A DNA stretch of 64,000 nt, taken from NCBI RefSeq assembly GCF_009914755.1, contig NC_060939.1. One strand, written 5' to 3'. Position 1 is the first letter of the stretch. The number at the start of each line of letters is the position of its first letter. Made by a program: the position numbers and the translations under genes. Of the stretch, positions 14,632 through 28,735 are shown one piece after another. This DNA comes from the human T2T-CHM13v2.0 reference genome, Homo sapiens. The notes below the pieces were generated by a model. It searched no databases and was not told where the DNA came from. It saw nothing but the letters and a program-made list of their open reading frames with translations.

Positions 14632-15015
14632 CTCTGGAACAGAGCCGAGTCTTAGCAAAGACCAAGTGCATCTCTGCTCTCTGTTCTAGTCATACATTCT
14701 ACATGCACTTTTATGTGATAGACACTCCCCAGACTTTCTGGAGACAAACTTCTCCCTCCCATTCCTATGCCCCTAATCCATCTCTGAGCCTCTATTCTCA
14801 CTGTCCAAAGCCTGAGGCAGGGCAGAATCTCATGGATGTCACATAGAATCCATCTAGACTAACAAAATCTCCTGACTAGACATGGCTGGGAGGCCAAAGA
14901 TGAAGTCTCAGCCTGGATACTGACTCAAGCAAGGCCCTGACCCAGTCCAGGCCTCTGTTTCTTTGTGTACAAAATGAGAAAGAAGAGCTAAAACTCCATC
15001 TCTTCTCCTGGTCTA

Positions 15016-15426
<411 letters not shown>

Positions 15427-16331
15427 GTGATGTCTATAGGAGAGAAGATGTCCCAGGACCCTCCCAGCTCTGATGTGATCCTTGGGCCTGCTGAGGCCAC
15501 TTCAGTGAGGAGATACACATGCAAAAGGGTGGTTACCCACAAACAGTTCACTTTCTTTCATGAATATAATGATCCAAGAATCTCAATTCCTGGAGTTAGG
15601 AGTAGCTGTCAAAGGGGATTCAGTCCTACCTGAGAGCCACTCACAAGACTCCTTATGGTGGCCATGCAGGTTCTGCTTACATACCTCCAGTGATGATGAG
15701 CTCCCTCACAAGCCAGCGTTGCCCATCTTGTTTAGCTCTGACACAGAGCTTTCTTCCCCAGTGGAAGACTCCCAAACAGTGGTCCTAAATCTGCCCTCTG
15801 AGGCAACAAGGACATGTCTAATCTCTCTTCCTGGAATACGGCCCTTCAGTGATTTCACAGAGGTCACATCCTTCTAAATCGGCTCTTTATTCAGGGTAAA
15901 TAACTCCAGTTTCAAATAGATCCCTCATGGGGCTTTCCTTGAGAGGCTCTCTAATCCTGGTTGATTTCTAAGACACGATCAGTCCGTCATTTAGCAAACT
16001 TTTACTGACCCCTCCTAGGTGCTAAACAGTCCAGATTGTGTCTCTCTCTTTCAAAGATCAGGCCTCAGATCAGAACACAACACCTAGTGTGGAGGCTGAG
16101 CAGTAAAGGGCTGAAAGACTAGCTTCCTTCCTCCTTATTCTAGCACCTCTAAAGGCACTCTTAATGGGTTGAGACAACACGTTGTTAAATCCTCTTGATC
16201 TCAGCCCAGGGTTATCCCTGGGCCAATTCTCAACCATCAGTAGTGGCTCTCTGGGATGCTCATTTGAGAAAGATTATTGAATCTGGGCCCAGGAGAAGAA
16301 ATGAGACTCGATTCTGCATAAGAGCAATTAA

Positions 16332-16667
<336 letters not shown>

Positions 16668-19541
16668 TTAGACTTTCTTTGCTTCTGTCCTTGTTAGGGT
16701 TACTTCATTGTCTGGGCCCTGATGCCATCTAGAACATTCACTGGCCCAGCTCTGAGTGCCTGGCATCTCTGATACACATACTCAATATCCACTTATAGAA
16801 ATTGAGGGAAAACGTCAAACAAGGCACAACTGACGCTCCAAGAAGTTAGGTCATATGTGGAAAAGCAATCTAAACCTCAATCTGACTTAGAAGCCTAAGT
16901 CCCCTCCAAGACCTGAGCTGCCACTCCAAAGGTAAGTGGTTAGGAGACCCTTCGGCCAGCCAGGCACAAGGCCCCAGGTGGGTGCACTGATGGAATCATG
17001 CTGACACAATCCCACCCAAGCCCTAGAAAGGCCACTTCCCCAGCATACAGGAAGCACTCCTCTGTACATGGGGCTAATAATATCTAGTTTTCAGAGTCGC
17101 TATGAGGATTAACTAAGATGGCACATGTGAGTGCCTAGCTCAATGCCTGGCACAGAGAGGATGCTTGATAAATAAGCACTACTGTGCTGTGTAATGTACT
17201 ATTAATATTAGCTAGTTTTGCCAAGATAGAGTAGGCCAGTGCCTGGGTTGCCACGAAAGCATTTCTAGCATAGAAGTTGAATTCTATTCCCAGCGATCTC
17301 AGAGCCTATGAGAACGAGACAGGCCCAGGCCCAGAGGAACTAGGGGCACAGCTGAACTGACCTGAGCCCAGCCCAGGGCCAGAGGGGACCCCACCTGCTG
17401 GAGAGGCTGGGTAAGCAGAAAGAGGGAGGCCTGAATAAACTCCCCAACATCCTCAACAAACACCCAGGGCCAAAGTCTGTGGCAACAGCAACAAGAAGCC
17501 ACCTCAGGGTAGGGCTCTGTGAGCTTGGTCTGGGGCCCAGGCCAGATGGGACTGAGGCGAGGAGCAGATCTGGGGCCCATGTGCCCAGCAAGCTGTGCCA
17601 GCCCAGCCCATACCAGCCCAGCCAAATTTGAGTTATATCAGGAGAACGGATCTGTTAGAAAACTCACCCATCTCTACATATTTGCATATTCTATTTTGGG
17701 GTCTTTTCCTTTTTTTCCCTCAGCTTCCTAGAAAAGTTCTTGTGATCACTTCCAACTTCACCTCTGTTGAACTGCAAAAACTCACACTCAATCCCATCTC
17801 TCCTCTAACTACTATCCTCTCCCTCACAAGCAAGGTCCCCTGCCCTCTCTGCATCCACTGCCCCTCACCTATTCAGTCCTCAACCCCTGCTATCTGGCTC
17901 CGGTTCCATTGGAATGTCTCCCCAAGGTCACCAAGGCACAAGTCAACAAGTCCAAGGTCAGCCCTTCTGTTACTAGGTTTGTCTGTGGCATCTGACCCCA
18001 CTGAGCATGCCCTCTTTGTCCAGGTCCTTTCACTCCCTCAGCTTTGCTGACTCCTGCTCTCACCTTCCCAGAAGCAGCAGATCCTGCGCCCGTTCCATGC
18101 CTCACATCTATCAGTCACCATTTTCTATAAAGCTGAACTCCTTAGTGGGTATCCCTTTTCCTCTACCTTTCTCTGAAAAGCTTAATTGCCTTCTCACATG
18201 ATACAGGCCCAGTGTTCAACTTAGAACTTCCTGATCACTACCTCAGCCCAAAGACATCCAACTGTCTTTAATTATACACATCCCCACCTGGCTGTCCTAT
18301 GGCACCTCATTCCAAATTGTCACCCCAGTCCCTTATTCTTACTGCTGCACCACCATCCGCCTGCTCACATCCTGCCTGCCTCCCCACTTTCAGCCCCCAG
18401 AGCTAGTCTGTCCTTCACACCTAGCAGCTCCCCTCCACCCAGCTCCCCTGCAGCAGCTCCAGTTGAGGCCCCCTCCATGTCCCATCTGGAGGATCCAGCC
18501 AGCCTCCTAGCTGGTCGCCTACCCCATCTCACTTCCCACAAATCCAGCCTCCACACAGCTGTCAGATTATCTCACACACAGATCTGGTCCCCCACTGCCC
18601 TGCCTGCAGCTGCCTCAGGGGTGCTCTTTGCCCTCAGGATAAAGCCCTAGCTCCTCAGCCGGATCTAAGCCCTCATCATCTCCCATTCCTCCACACTTCA
18701 GAGGCCAAGGGCAGTGGGAGGAAGGGCACCAGCTCTGGAGTAAGACAGACCTGAGTTTCTGGGACCACTTGTCCACTTCCTGCCCATGAGACTGTGGGCA
18801 GATGATTTCAACCCTTGGAACCTTGGTGTCCCCATCTGTTCAGTGGAGACAACAGTATACTCGCCTTTCCCAAAGATCTGGTATCAATTCTAACTCCTAA
18901 AGCCTCTCTACCTCCTCCTCTCCTTCCCCACTGCCACGCCGTCAGGTCAGCCTACCAGCAGCTCTAAGTGGATCACTGCCACAGCCTCCTCCCCGGCTTC
19001 CTCATGCCTGCCCTCCCTCAGTCTTCTACTCCCACTATACTCACCACACAGCAGCCAGAATGACCTTTCTAAAACACACATTGGACTCTCTCCCGATTGC
19101 CATTCTGTGACTCCCATTGTCCAGGGTAAGTCTAAATTCCTTACATAGCTTCAAATGATCTAGCCTCTGCCCACCCACTTGCCTTGCAAGCCACCCTGAC
19201 AAACAGGGCTACAAAAGCCAGGTTTGCTCCCCACTCCCAGCCCCCTCAGTACATATACCTTCGTGCCCAATTCTCCCTTACCCTTCAGGTCTCAGCGTAG
19301 TGCCACTTTCTCCATGAAGCTTTCCCTCACCCTCACACCCCCACCCCTAGCCCACGTTAGCCCCCTCTCCTGTGAGCGCCACAGCCCCTAGACTTGCCTC
19401 GCCCAGTTCTCATTAGGCTTTAATGCAATCATCTGTTTGTCCATCTTACCAACAACACAGCATTGTCAGAGCAAAGATACCGTCATGTTTATCTGGCAGA
19501 GAGTGGAGGCTCAGTCAATGTTTGTTGAAAGGATGAAAGGA

Positions 19542-19855
19542 GGCCCGGCGCGGTGGCTCATGCCTGTAATCTCAACACTTTAGGGGACCAAGACAGGTGG
19601 ATCATTTGAGGTCAGGAGTTTGAAACCAGCCTGGCCAACACGGCGAAACCTCATCTCTACTAAAAATACATAAATTAGCTGGCTATGGTGGCACATGCCT
19701 GTAGTCGCAGCTACTTGGGAAGCTGAGGCAGGAGCCCAGGAGGTGGAGGTTGCAGTGAGCTGAAATCGTGCCACTGCACCCCAGCCTGGGCGACAGAGCG
19801 AGACTCTGTCTCAAAAAAAATAAATTTTTTTAAAAAAAATAATAAAAATAAGAAG
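19542..19855 (+). mobile_element. AluS (internal deletion in right arm)
   Basis: Alu consensus; TSD GAAAGGATGAAAGG on both flanks. Confidence 0.9.
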
Positions 19856-21693
19856 AAAGGATGAAAGGGACAATGGTGAGGAAAGAGTCCTTGGCTCATG
19901 GAAAGCCCCAGGCTCAGTGGGGGCACTTATCAGACTCAACATAGACTACTCAAAACATGGCCACAGGAAGCAAAGCCAACTTGCCAAGCCCCTGGAGGAA
20001 AGAGCCAACAAAGAAGGGAAAGGGAAACCGTGGGGACGGCTCTGTTCTGGGAACTGGTATTGGGGGTTGGTCCAAGGGATAGGGCAGGGTGACCCAAATG
20101 TTCTGCAGCATAATGGGATAGGGGAGTTAAGGAACCCCAGCACCTTTGAAGGCAGTCCTCAGAGGCAGGGTGAGAGCTGCCACAGAATGGAAACGAGCTC
20201 TGGGCAGGCTGTATCATGGGCACAGGAAGGGCTGTGTCAGCCCCATTTGACCAAGACAGACCCATGAGGATAGGACTGGCCTTTGTTTCCACCACAAACA
20301 AGCAAGAGACACTGTGTACAAAGACAGAGCTTCCTGGTCTTTGCTCTCAACCACAAGTAGGCAGCTGGGCTCCAGGCAGACCACTGAGGCACACAGAGGC
20401 CTGGCATTGAGAAGCCCAGTTCTGAGTCTTTTCTGTCAATGCACATAGAGAGACTTCTCAAATTTTCTGGAAGAGGCAAAGAATAACATCCTGTTCGGGC
20501 CATATCTGGACGTTAAGAGTATCACTGATACACTGGAGGTCATCCAGAAAAACGAACAGGATATGCTGGGAACCAAAACCATGACAGGTCAAAGGGGCAA
20601 GTCAATGACCCACCATGGCATTCCGTAAATAACTAAAGCCCTGCTAAGGTAGAAGAGGAAGCAGGCTTGTTCCGAGTGGTTCCTTAGGGCAGAGAGGGGA
20701 CCAAGGGGTAATGCCCTGGCAAATAGTTAAAGGACAGAATAGGTTGTAAGTGGTAAATCTTTTGTTCCTGGAGGAGACAAGCAGAAACCAAATGACCATG
20801 ACTGGGAATGGTGGAGATGAAACGCCTGCCAAGGCAGAGGGCAGGAGCACATCTCTGAGCCCCTTTCCACCCATGTTATTCCCAAATGAACCAAAACACC
20901 ATCTGAGGGGAAGAAGTGTTCTCCCAACGAAGTATTCAAAGCATTTAAAACCCACTTTCTCAACTTGGACATGTCTGCGATGCCGCAGGGAACATCACAG
21001 GGAACGCCATGCCAAGGGGAACATGAGTGAGCACAGGCAGATGGAGCAACAGCTTGGGGGTTGGTGCCCTCTCTTCAATATTAAAGCTGAGCCCTGTTCA
21101 TGTTGGTGTTGTTTTTTAGTATTGCTATTTAACTGCTCTTGTATTTATGCCTTCAGGACAAGGAGGGCCCTACCTCCTGGCGAAGCTCTGAGGCCTGGAT
21201 TCTGGAATCATTACAGAACAAGCATCAAAAAATGCTTGGTGAGAATAGACTGGTGGGGTGGACAAAGAAATCTGTGGAAGCCATTGAGAGAGAGAGAAAT
21301 GTGGAAGGCAAGCTGCCTCCATGTGCTTCCCCTGAAAGTCCACCCAGCCACTCCATAGACTGGACATCTCGGAAGCATAAGCCTCTTCTGGGCACAGCTG
21401 TAATCCAGCAGCCACCCTGAAGATTGGGTGATAGCTCTGCCTAGACTTCGGCACATCCTGAGGCTCCCAAACTCCAAAGCCCCAGAGAGTCTGGGGGCTA
21501 CGGCTGGAAACTTCTCCCAGAAGTTAACATGGGTATCTCACAGCATCCCATGATGTAGGGTCTAACATCCTCCATCCAGGGCCCAGAACTAGGGGCCAGC
21601 CCTGCTTTGATGCCACAGCATCAAGACCAGCACACCTTGTTTGCCCCACTGCCTCCACCAACTCAGATCAGCCAGAAAGGTCAAGAACTGGAC

Positions 21694-21813
21694 AAAGCAG
21701 GAGAGTTGACCATCAGGTATATTGGGGAAGGGAGAGATGGAGGCACCTTCATGAGTGCCTCCCAAGGGCAGTAGCCTCTGCAACTTGCTGGGGGTTCAGG
21801 GGAAGCAGGGAGT
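21694..21813 (-). other. UBL7: UBL7 3' UTR (short; end approximate)
   Basis: Lies between the stop codon (21816-21814) and an inferred cleavage site ~20 nt past AATATA. Confidence 0.6.
21718..21723 (-). terminator. UBL7: Putative non-canonical poly(A) signal AATATA of UBL7
   Basis: + strand TATATT. No AATAAA/ATTAAA seen near the stop. A U/GU-rich tract (CTGCTTTGTCCAGTTCTTG on minus) lies ~20-40 nt downstream. Confidence 0.55.
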
Positions 21814-21951
21814 TCATGGGGCTCCTCCAGCAAAGATGAGCTCCAGGGCTGCTTGGATGTCCCCACCGGTGGCCTGCAGGGCCCGCAGGCTCAGCTCATC
21901 GTCCTGGATGCCCATGTCACGTAGCTGCTGCAGCTGGGGCTGCCACTGGCT
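21814..21951 (-). CDS. UBL7: UBL7 last coding exon (UBA domain, stop)
   Basis: ttccacag|AGC; SQWQPQLQQLRDMGIQDDELSLRALQATGGDIQAALELIFAGGAP*. TGA at 21816-21814. UBA-type LRDMGI motif. Confidence 0.96.
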   Translation of the reverse strand, partial: SQWQPQLQQLRDMGIQDDELSLRALQATGGDIQAALELIFAGGAP

Positions 21952-23104
21952 CTGTGGAAAGATAGGAATGGGCAGAAGCTGTTAGCTGGGATCCAGTGAA
22001 GACTCACTTAGGTCTGTGCTTTCCGGGGAAGGAAAGGAAGATGGGGGAGTCCTCAGCAAAGCTGCTGATGCTGAGTTCCACAGAACACGGTGCTTCTAGG
22101 AAGACTAAAAGATAGGCTTGAGGGTTAAGAGAACAAATCCAAAGTTTTACAATAAAAAAAGGAAATTCTTGGCATAAGGATCAAAAGAGAATGTACAAAT
22201 TATTCACTGTCTGAATTCCAAGAGGCTAAATTACTTTCTTTCTCTTGCTATGTGTACACACACAACAGCAAGATTTTGCTCTTTATGTGATGAGTGTTAC
22301 AGATTTTTTTCCCAGTTTGTTAGCCTTTGGACTTTGCTTCGGTTTTTTGTTTGGTTTGGTTTGCCACGCAGAAATTTTCACCTTTTTTTAAATGTCTTAA
22401 ATTTTTGTGGTATATAGTAGGTATATCTATTTGTGGACTGTAAGAGATGTTTTAAATTTTTCGCTTTTACAAACCCAAAATGCATAACTTTTATTTAATG
22501 GCTCCTGGATACTGAGTTTCAGCCAAGAAAGCCCTTCCCTACTATAAGGATTTGAAGAAATTCACCCATATTTTCTTCTAGTACTTTCATAGCTTCATTA
22601 ATATCTCTATTTCATGACAGCAGGGATGAGCACAATTTAGGGAAAACAACGTGTTCACATGTGGGAAGAAGGCAATGCAAAGGGGAAGAAAAGCAAAGTC
22701 AAAGAGGCAGGCAGTGATGAGAACATGGAGGGCTTAAAAAAAATGCACACAGATCAATTTGAATTCATTTTACAGGCCAGGTGGAACCAGTGAAAGCTTC
22801 TGAGCTAGGGAATAAAGTAAACAGGCATCTAGCAACAGGGGAGATGCAAGAATGGAGAAGACAAGTTGTTCACGAATCCTGCTTCTGTTCCCTCACTGTC
22901 TACAAGGACCACATGGAACAGTGAAAACCACACAGGCTTGAACCCTATCGTTACGACTTCATGGCCTTATGACCCCAGACAAGTTCCAGGGATGATGCTC
23001 TACCCATAGGCTTACTATGTGGAATAGAGGAAAACAGACGTGAACCAAACTGCTCATGCATGGAGCTGTGAACTACAATGCTGGCCCCTCAGGTATTCCA
23101 CTTA

Positions 23105-23452
<348 letters not shown>

Positions 23453-24201
23453 TGCCTCCCAGGGATCCCTGGTGACTGCTACATCAAGTCATCAAGTCTA
23501 ATCTCCGCAGGTTGGCATGCAAGCCCCTCTCGTAGGCTCCTGCTCTTTCTCTGGCCCCATCTGCGGATCTTCTACACTGGACACTGCATCCTAGCCTTGT
23601 AGTTTTGAGTATGTCACATATACCTCCACACATGTGCACAAACAGGTAGCTGTCTTCACCTGGAAATCAGCCCCTTCCTACCTCAAACCCCCTTCCCTGG
23701 CTAGCTAACTTCTAACTAATTCTTCTGACAATCAGCTTAAATACCCCTCTCTCAGAAAAGTTTTGTCTGACCTAGGCCCTTACTTCAAGCAGCTGGGTTT
23801 CTTGCCTTGTTGCTCCCCAGCTCAGTGCCTGCCTGGTGCCCCTCCATGGCAGGGATGAGAACCAGCTTGCCACTAGCCCAGCATCTGGACTCAGGCCTAG
23901 TATACACATGCTCAGTCAATGATCACTGAATGAATGAATGAAATGGCCATGATTATCTAAGCCAGGTGGTCTAGGGAGTCAGGCCATGGTCACTAGGGGC
24001 AGGAGAAGCCTAGTGACCACTGTGTATGGTCTGAGAGTGTGCCCTTGCTAGGAACACTCTGCACCTGTCCCACTGCCATGCTCCAGCTGTTCCTAGAATG
24101 AAGCATGCCAGGTGTGAAGGACCGCCAGAGAGCAAAACAAAGGCTGGGCATCCAAAATAACAAGGAAGCCACATGGAAACCAAGACGTGGGGAAGACTGA
24201 C

Positions 24202-24324
24202 CTGAAGGCTGGGCTGCCCAGAGGCCTGAAGGGCATGCTGTAGGGCTTGGCTGAAGAGATCATTGGTGATGGGCGTCCCTGACTGGACACCAGAGGACAT
24301 TGGTGAGGTCCCTGAGGAATGACC
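24202..24324 (-). CDS. UBL7: UBL7 exon 10
   Basis: ctctag|GGT...CAG|gtcagt; GHSSGTSPMSSGVQSGTPITNDLFSQALQHALQASGQPSLQ (123 nt, phase 0/0). Confidence 0.95.
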
Positions 24325-24909
24325 CTAGAGACAAATTAGTGGTCAGTGCCACCCTCAGCGCCATCTCAATCTTATAGCAGATGCTCGCTGTTGTCATATC
24401 ACCTCACAGCACTCCTGAGGTACCCAACTTCTGCCTCCCAACAAAGACCTGCCATAAGACAACCAAACAAAGGTAACTAGAAGCTCTCTATGTGGGCAGG
24501 AAAGGTTCCATTCTCTTCTGCACTGAGCCCCTTGTCCCAGCCTAGGACCCCAGCACTGCAGCACTGGGAGAGATGGCCTTGAAAGCTGAAGTGACTTGTC
24601 ACCCAGAAATGCTTAAGCTGGTGATGTCTGCTCCCTGTCAGGGATGAGGAAGGGCATATTGTGTGCAGGAAGAGTCTTCTGAACTAATAGGGGGGACTAC
24701 ACGGGACCATGTTAAAATCTAGACTTCTGAGTCCTCAAGGCAAGTGAAGGGGAGGTCACTCAAGCTGCAGTAAGAAATCCCCACCAGGACTCCAGGGTTC
24801 AGCTTAAACTAGATCTAGCACCAGGGTCAGCAAAGGCAAATCTACTCTACTGCTGGGGAGCTTGTTCCTTGGGGGCCCAGCCTTGATCTTCCCGGCCCCG
24901 TCTTCATAC

Positions 24910-25077
24910 CTGGGTGCCAGGAGTCGGTGTGTGAGAGCTGCTCTCCGGAGTGCTGGCCAGGGCCAAGGCGGTGGCCAGCTCACTCTGGGTGATGGGCCGG
25001 GGCCCAGCAGCTCCACTGTACCCCAGGGAGGCTGGGCGGGAGCTGGGAGTACTGCTAGAGGGTGTGGACCTGGTGTT
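24910..25077 (-). CDS. UBL7: UBL7 exon 9
   Basis: ctccag|AAC...CAG|gtatga; NTRSTPSSSTPSSRPASLGYSGAAGPRPITQSELATALALASTPESSSHTPTPGTQ (168 nt). Confidence 0.95.
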
Positions 25078-25349
25078 CTGGAGAAAGAAGACACTCAGAA
25101 TCAGGGAAGCAGTACTGTGAAACTCCCAGATGAACTCCACCCACCTCCAGCAATAGTTCTTGGGGAAACTCTTAAGTTCCCAGGTTCAGAAAGGAATCCA
25201 AAAGCAGAAATAGTATGACATGGTCTTGGCCCCCCAATGGCGTATGTCCATCTCCCAGCCTTGGGAGTGCCAGGTCCCAGGATGCAGCTCATTCCCAGCA
25301 CCATCTCCCCCACATGTCAGCATGTCAGGCAGGCAGGCAGGCCACTTAC

Positions 25350-25399
25350 TGGGTGAAAGTCATCCTCATCATCTGAGAGCCCTTCAAACAGGAAGCCAC
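25350..25399 (-). CDS. UBL7: UBL7 exon 8
   Basis: ctccag|GT...CCA|gtaagt; (G)GFLFEGLSDDEDDFHP (50 nt, phase 1/0). Confidence 0.94.
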
Positions 25400-25659
25400 C
25401 TGGAGGAGGACGAACAGATTTCAGGAGGAAGAACAGAAAGGCACAGGCGCAGCTCCAGAATCTCAGCTCAAGTTACTCTCCAAATTCATATTTTCATCTC
25501 TCCCCTCGGAAAATTACAGGACAGATGCACTTCCTGACTCAAACCGAGAGTTCCCAAGGAACGCCCTCTGCCAACGCTATACATAGCTGCTGAGTAAAGC
25601 AAATTCCTGGGCCACTGCCGGCTCCTGAGGGGCCCACATTACACTTTTCAGGCGCTCAC

Positions 25660-25793
25660 CTGGCATATCCCGGTATGAGCTGGAGGGCATGCTCCGGGAA
25701 GAGGAGTCAGTCCCAGGCATTGGGGCACTGCCTGCTACGGAGTGCAGAACCAGGACAATGGCATTGACGAGGGCTGGGTGAGCAGGCACCAAC
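25660..25793 (-). CDS. UBL7: UBL7 exon 7
   Basis: cctag|G...CCAG|gtgagc; LVPAHPALVNAIVLVLHSVAGSAPMPGTDSSSRSMPSSSYRDMP (134 nt, phase 2/1). Confidence 0.95.
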
Positions 25794-26525
25794 CTAGGAT
25801 AGAAGCAGGAAGAAACCCAAGGGTGACTCCAAAAGAGCACCCTCAGCCATAACAGGAGTTCTGGGTGCCCCCTCACAACAATGCAGCCACCTGTGCCTGC
25901 TCTCAAATTCCTCAGTCTTTAGCATCTTCCACCAGGAAGCTTTATCCTCCTGCTGATCTGCCCCCAGCAACGGGTGCAAGGCCTTCAAATTCCTGGGGTC
26001 CGCTGCAGATTCTTCACCCTCTCCACAGGCAAGGCATGATGGGAAAGGTGCAGCCTGGGAGGCTCAGGGTTCTGGCCTGAGCACATGAGGAGTGTCTGGT
26101 CTAGGCACCACTACTACATCAGGCAACCCTGGACTGGTCCCTTCTCTTCCCAGGGTGGGGCTGTTTTCTTCACTTGCAAAATGAGGACATGTCCCTTTTA
26201 GCTTTGACACTTTACGGATCTGTACACCTGCTTCTCCTTTTGCCAGCTTAAAATCCTTGAAAAGCTCCCTAATTTCTACCACACGAAACCTAAACTGAGC
26301 CTGGCAGACAAGACCCTTTCCCTCAGAATCCTGCTTCCTCCCAGCACTCTTGACAAAAGCCCTGCTCTTGGGCTTTGCTCTTTCTCACCCCCTGACGTAT
26401 CTAAGGGGTAGACTTGGTGACAGACTATGGATGGGCTCCCAGAGCAGACTGCAGGGTGACAATTAGGCTTCTGGCCTGAGCACGAGGAGAGAGAAGGTAC
26501 CCTCTAATAGGACAGGTACACTTAC

Positions 26526-26583
26526 GTATCAAGCATATTGGGATCAGCGAAGACAGAGAAGAGGTCCTTGTCCTGGAGAACCC
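26526..26583 (-). CDS. UBL7: UBL7 exon 6
   Basis: tttcag|GG...AC|gtaagt; (G)VLQDKDLFSVFADPNMLD(T) (58 nt, phase 1/2). Confidence 0.94.
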
Positions 26584-27159
26584 CTGAAAAAGAGCAGAGC
26601 TCACCTCAAAGAAAGGAAATCAGCCAGATCCAGGAGGGAGAAGAGGCTTTGCGTCTCAGAGCAACCAGCTCAACAGGGACACAGGACAACAAGCCAATCT
26701 TCATGAGAAGTAGAGGAAGCAAAGCGCCAAGCAATACAATTCAGGTACTCCTCATCTTGGTCTAGTGAGGATGGTCCCCTGCTCTCCACCTCCCCTGCAC
26801 TTTAGTCACATCACAGACTGGGTACCAAGACACCTGTCTCTTTCTCCCGTATCTCTGGGTTCTTCCCTTACTCAGGGTGTGCAGGACGCCTTCCCTGATT
26901 GCTGTGATGTGGGCTAACTGCTATCCTCATTTGGCATCCTCATACCCTTATTTACGATGTTAGTTAGGCCATTATCTCTCTGTGGGACTGAGAGCTCTTA
27001 AAGGGCTGGGGATATCAAACACACCTTGATTACTCTCCCTCTTCCCACAAGACCAGTCATTCTTCAAAAGATAGTCCAAGTCTCTTTAGAGGAATTGTCT
27101 TCTCCTGTTTTCTCCTTTTCCGACAACTCCTATTTCCTCAAATTCAGTCCTGCACTTAC

Positions 27160-27244
27160 CAAGAGCAATAGGGTCACTGCTGAGGCCTGGGGTGGCCACA
27201 ATGATCTGATCCAGAGACTCCTTATTGCTGAGCATCTTAAAGAC
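27160..27244 (-). CDS. UBL7: UBL7 exon 5
   Basis: ctgcag|GTC...G|gtaagt; VFKMLSNKESLDQIIVATPGLSSDPIAL (85 nt, phase 0/1). Confidence 0.95.
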
Positions 27245-28019
27245 CTGCAGGAGAAATGGCGGGGGCTGAGCACTCCAACCAGCTCAATGTACTCATCAAA
27301 TGCCCACACTCTGCCAAAGGACTTCCTCCCTCTAAGTGCTTGCATGTACATCACCACAATGGAACAATAGCCCCAGAAACAGATGAACCTCTTTTTGCTC
27401 TAAGATCTTAGCTTACTGGAGGGGAAACAAACAATTTAAAAAAAAAAAAGGCAAGACCACAGTAAACCTTCAAATCTCTGTGCTCCTTTTCCCCACCTAC
27501 AGTTTAGTGCTTCCAAAATAAAAGCTCTCATTACAAGCCCGGTAACAAAGGTTTCTCTAGGTTCCAATCCAAAAGTCCTTTTCAATCTCTGTACAATTAC
27601 TATTTCATATTTGTATATATCGCTAAGTTCACAGCTATACTAATTTTGCCTCTCAACTCTCCTACAGAAAGACATCAGCCCACTTCCCCAGTGAGGACAT
27701 CTAGGTCAAGGGGCAGTAAGCAGGCAGTTCAGCCAAAGTCGAAGAATGAGGCCCAGCAGAAACAGTATGAGGATCTTTTGGCTGTCACCATACGGGCAGG
27801 TTGTATTATTATCATTAGAGGGAATCAACAACGCCTGACTGAGACAGGCTCTTTGGGGAAAGACAGGGCTCTACTGAGGCCCACAGACATGGCAAAAACT
27901 CCCCAAGGAACTCTTGGTTGCCATGGCAACGGGCTTCCAGCTCCCACTCCACACCACTCGCCAGCCAGCGTTCACACCCTCTCCTACAGTCCTGGCTGGG
28001 GGCCGCAGCACACACTCAC

Positions 28020-28102
28020 CGCCTCCCTGTAAGAGGAGCTGCTGTGCAGGGCAGTGTGCAACACCCGGAACTCTCTCATGGCAGCCACTTTGTCCACAGG
28101 TT
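28020..28102 (-). CDS. UBL7: UBL7 exon 4
   Basis: ccccag|AA...GCG|gtgagt; (E)PVDKVAAMREFRVLHTALHSSSSYREA (83 nt, phase 1/0). Confidence 0.95.
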
Positions 28103-28429
28103 CTGGGGGACAAGACATTCAGAGTTACCCTATAGCGCAGGTCCTGTCTCTGCCACAGACATGGCAACATCATTTCAGCATGTGCCAAGGAGCAGCCTGG
28201 TCTGTGCATTCCCTTCCCTCATCACCCCTTAAGAATGTGAGTGCCTGCTCAGAAAAACCCATTTGTGCCATGGATGTGAAAACTGCTAGTAAGCATCTTT
28301 ACATTCACTTGTAAGCATCTTGCACAGATAAACAAACAAATTCAAGTTGCAGCAGAGGAGACTCTTACCACATGAAAAACGGTGCTCTGATCAACATACC
28401 ACTGCAGGAATTCTAGACTAATAACATTT

Positions 28430-28735
28430 GTTTTTTGGTGTTTTTGCCTTTGTTTTTCAGACAGTCTCACCTCTTGCCCAGCCAGAATGCAGTGGCGCAA
28501 TCTCGGCTCGCTGCAACCTCCACCTCCCTGGTTGAAGCAACTCTCGTGCCTCAGCCTCCTGAGTAGCTGGGATTACAGGTGTGCAACACCACTCCTGGAT
28601 AATTTTTGTATTTTTAGTTGAGATGGGGTTTCACCATATTGGTCAGGCTGGTCTCAAACTCCTGACCTCAAGTGATCCACACACCTCGGCCTCCCAAAGT
28701 GCTAGGATTACAGGCGTGAGCCACCGTGCCCAGCC
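28430..28735 (-). mobile_element. AluS
   Basis: Reverse-complement Alu consensus. Confidence 0.88.

Noticed and set aside
20750-21358. 202-aa + strand ORF just past the UBL7 3' end
   Set aside because: No recognisable homology, non-ATG start in the track, no promoter or splice support.
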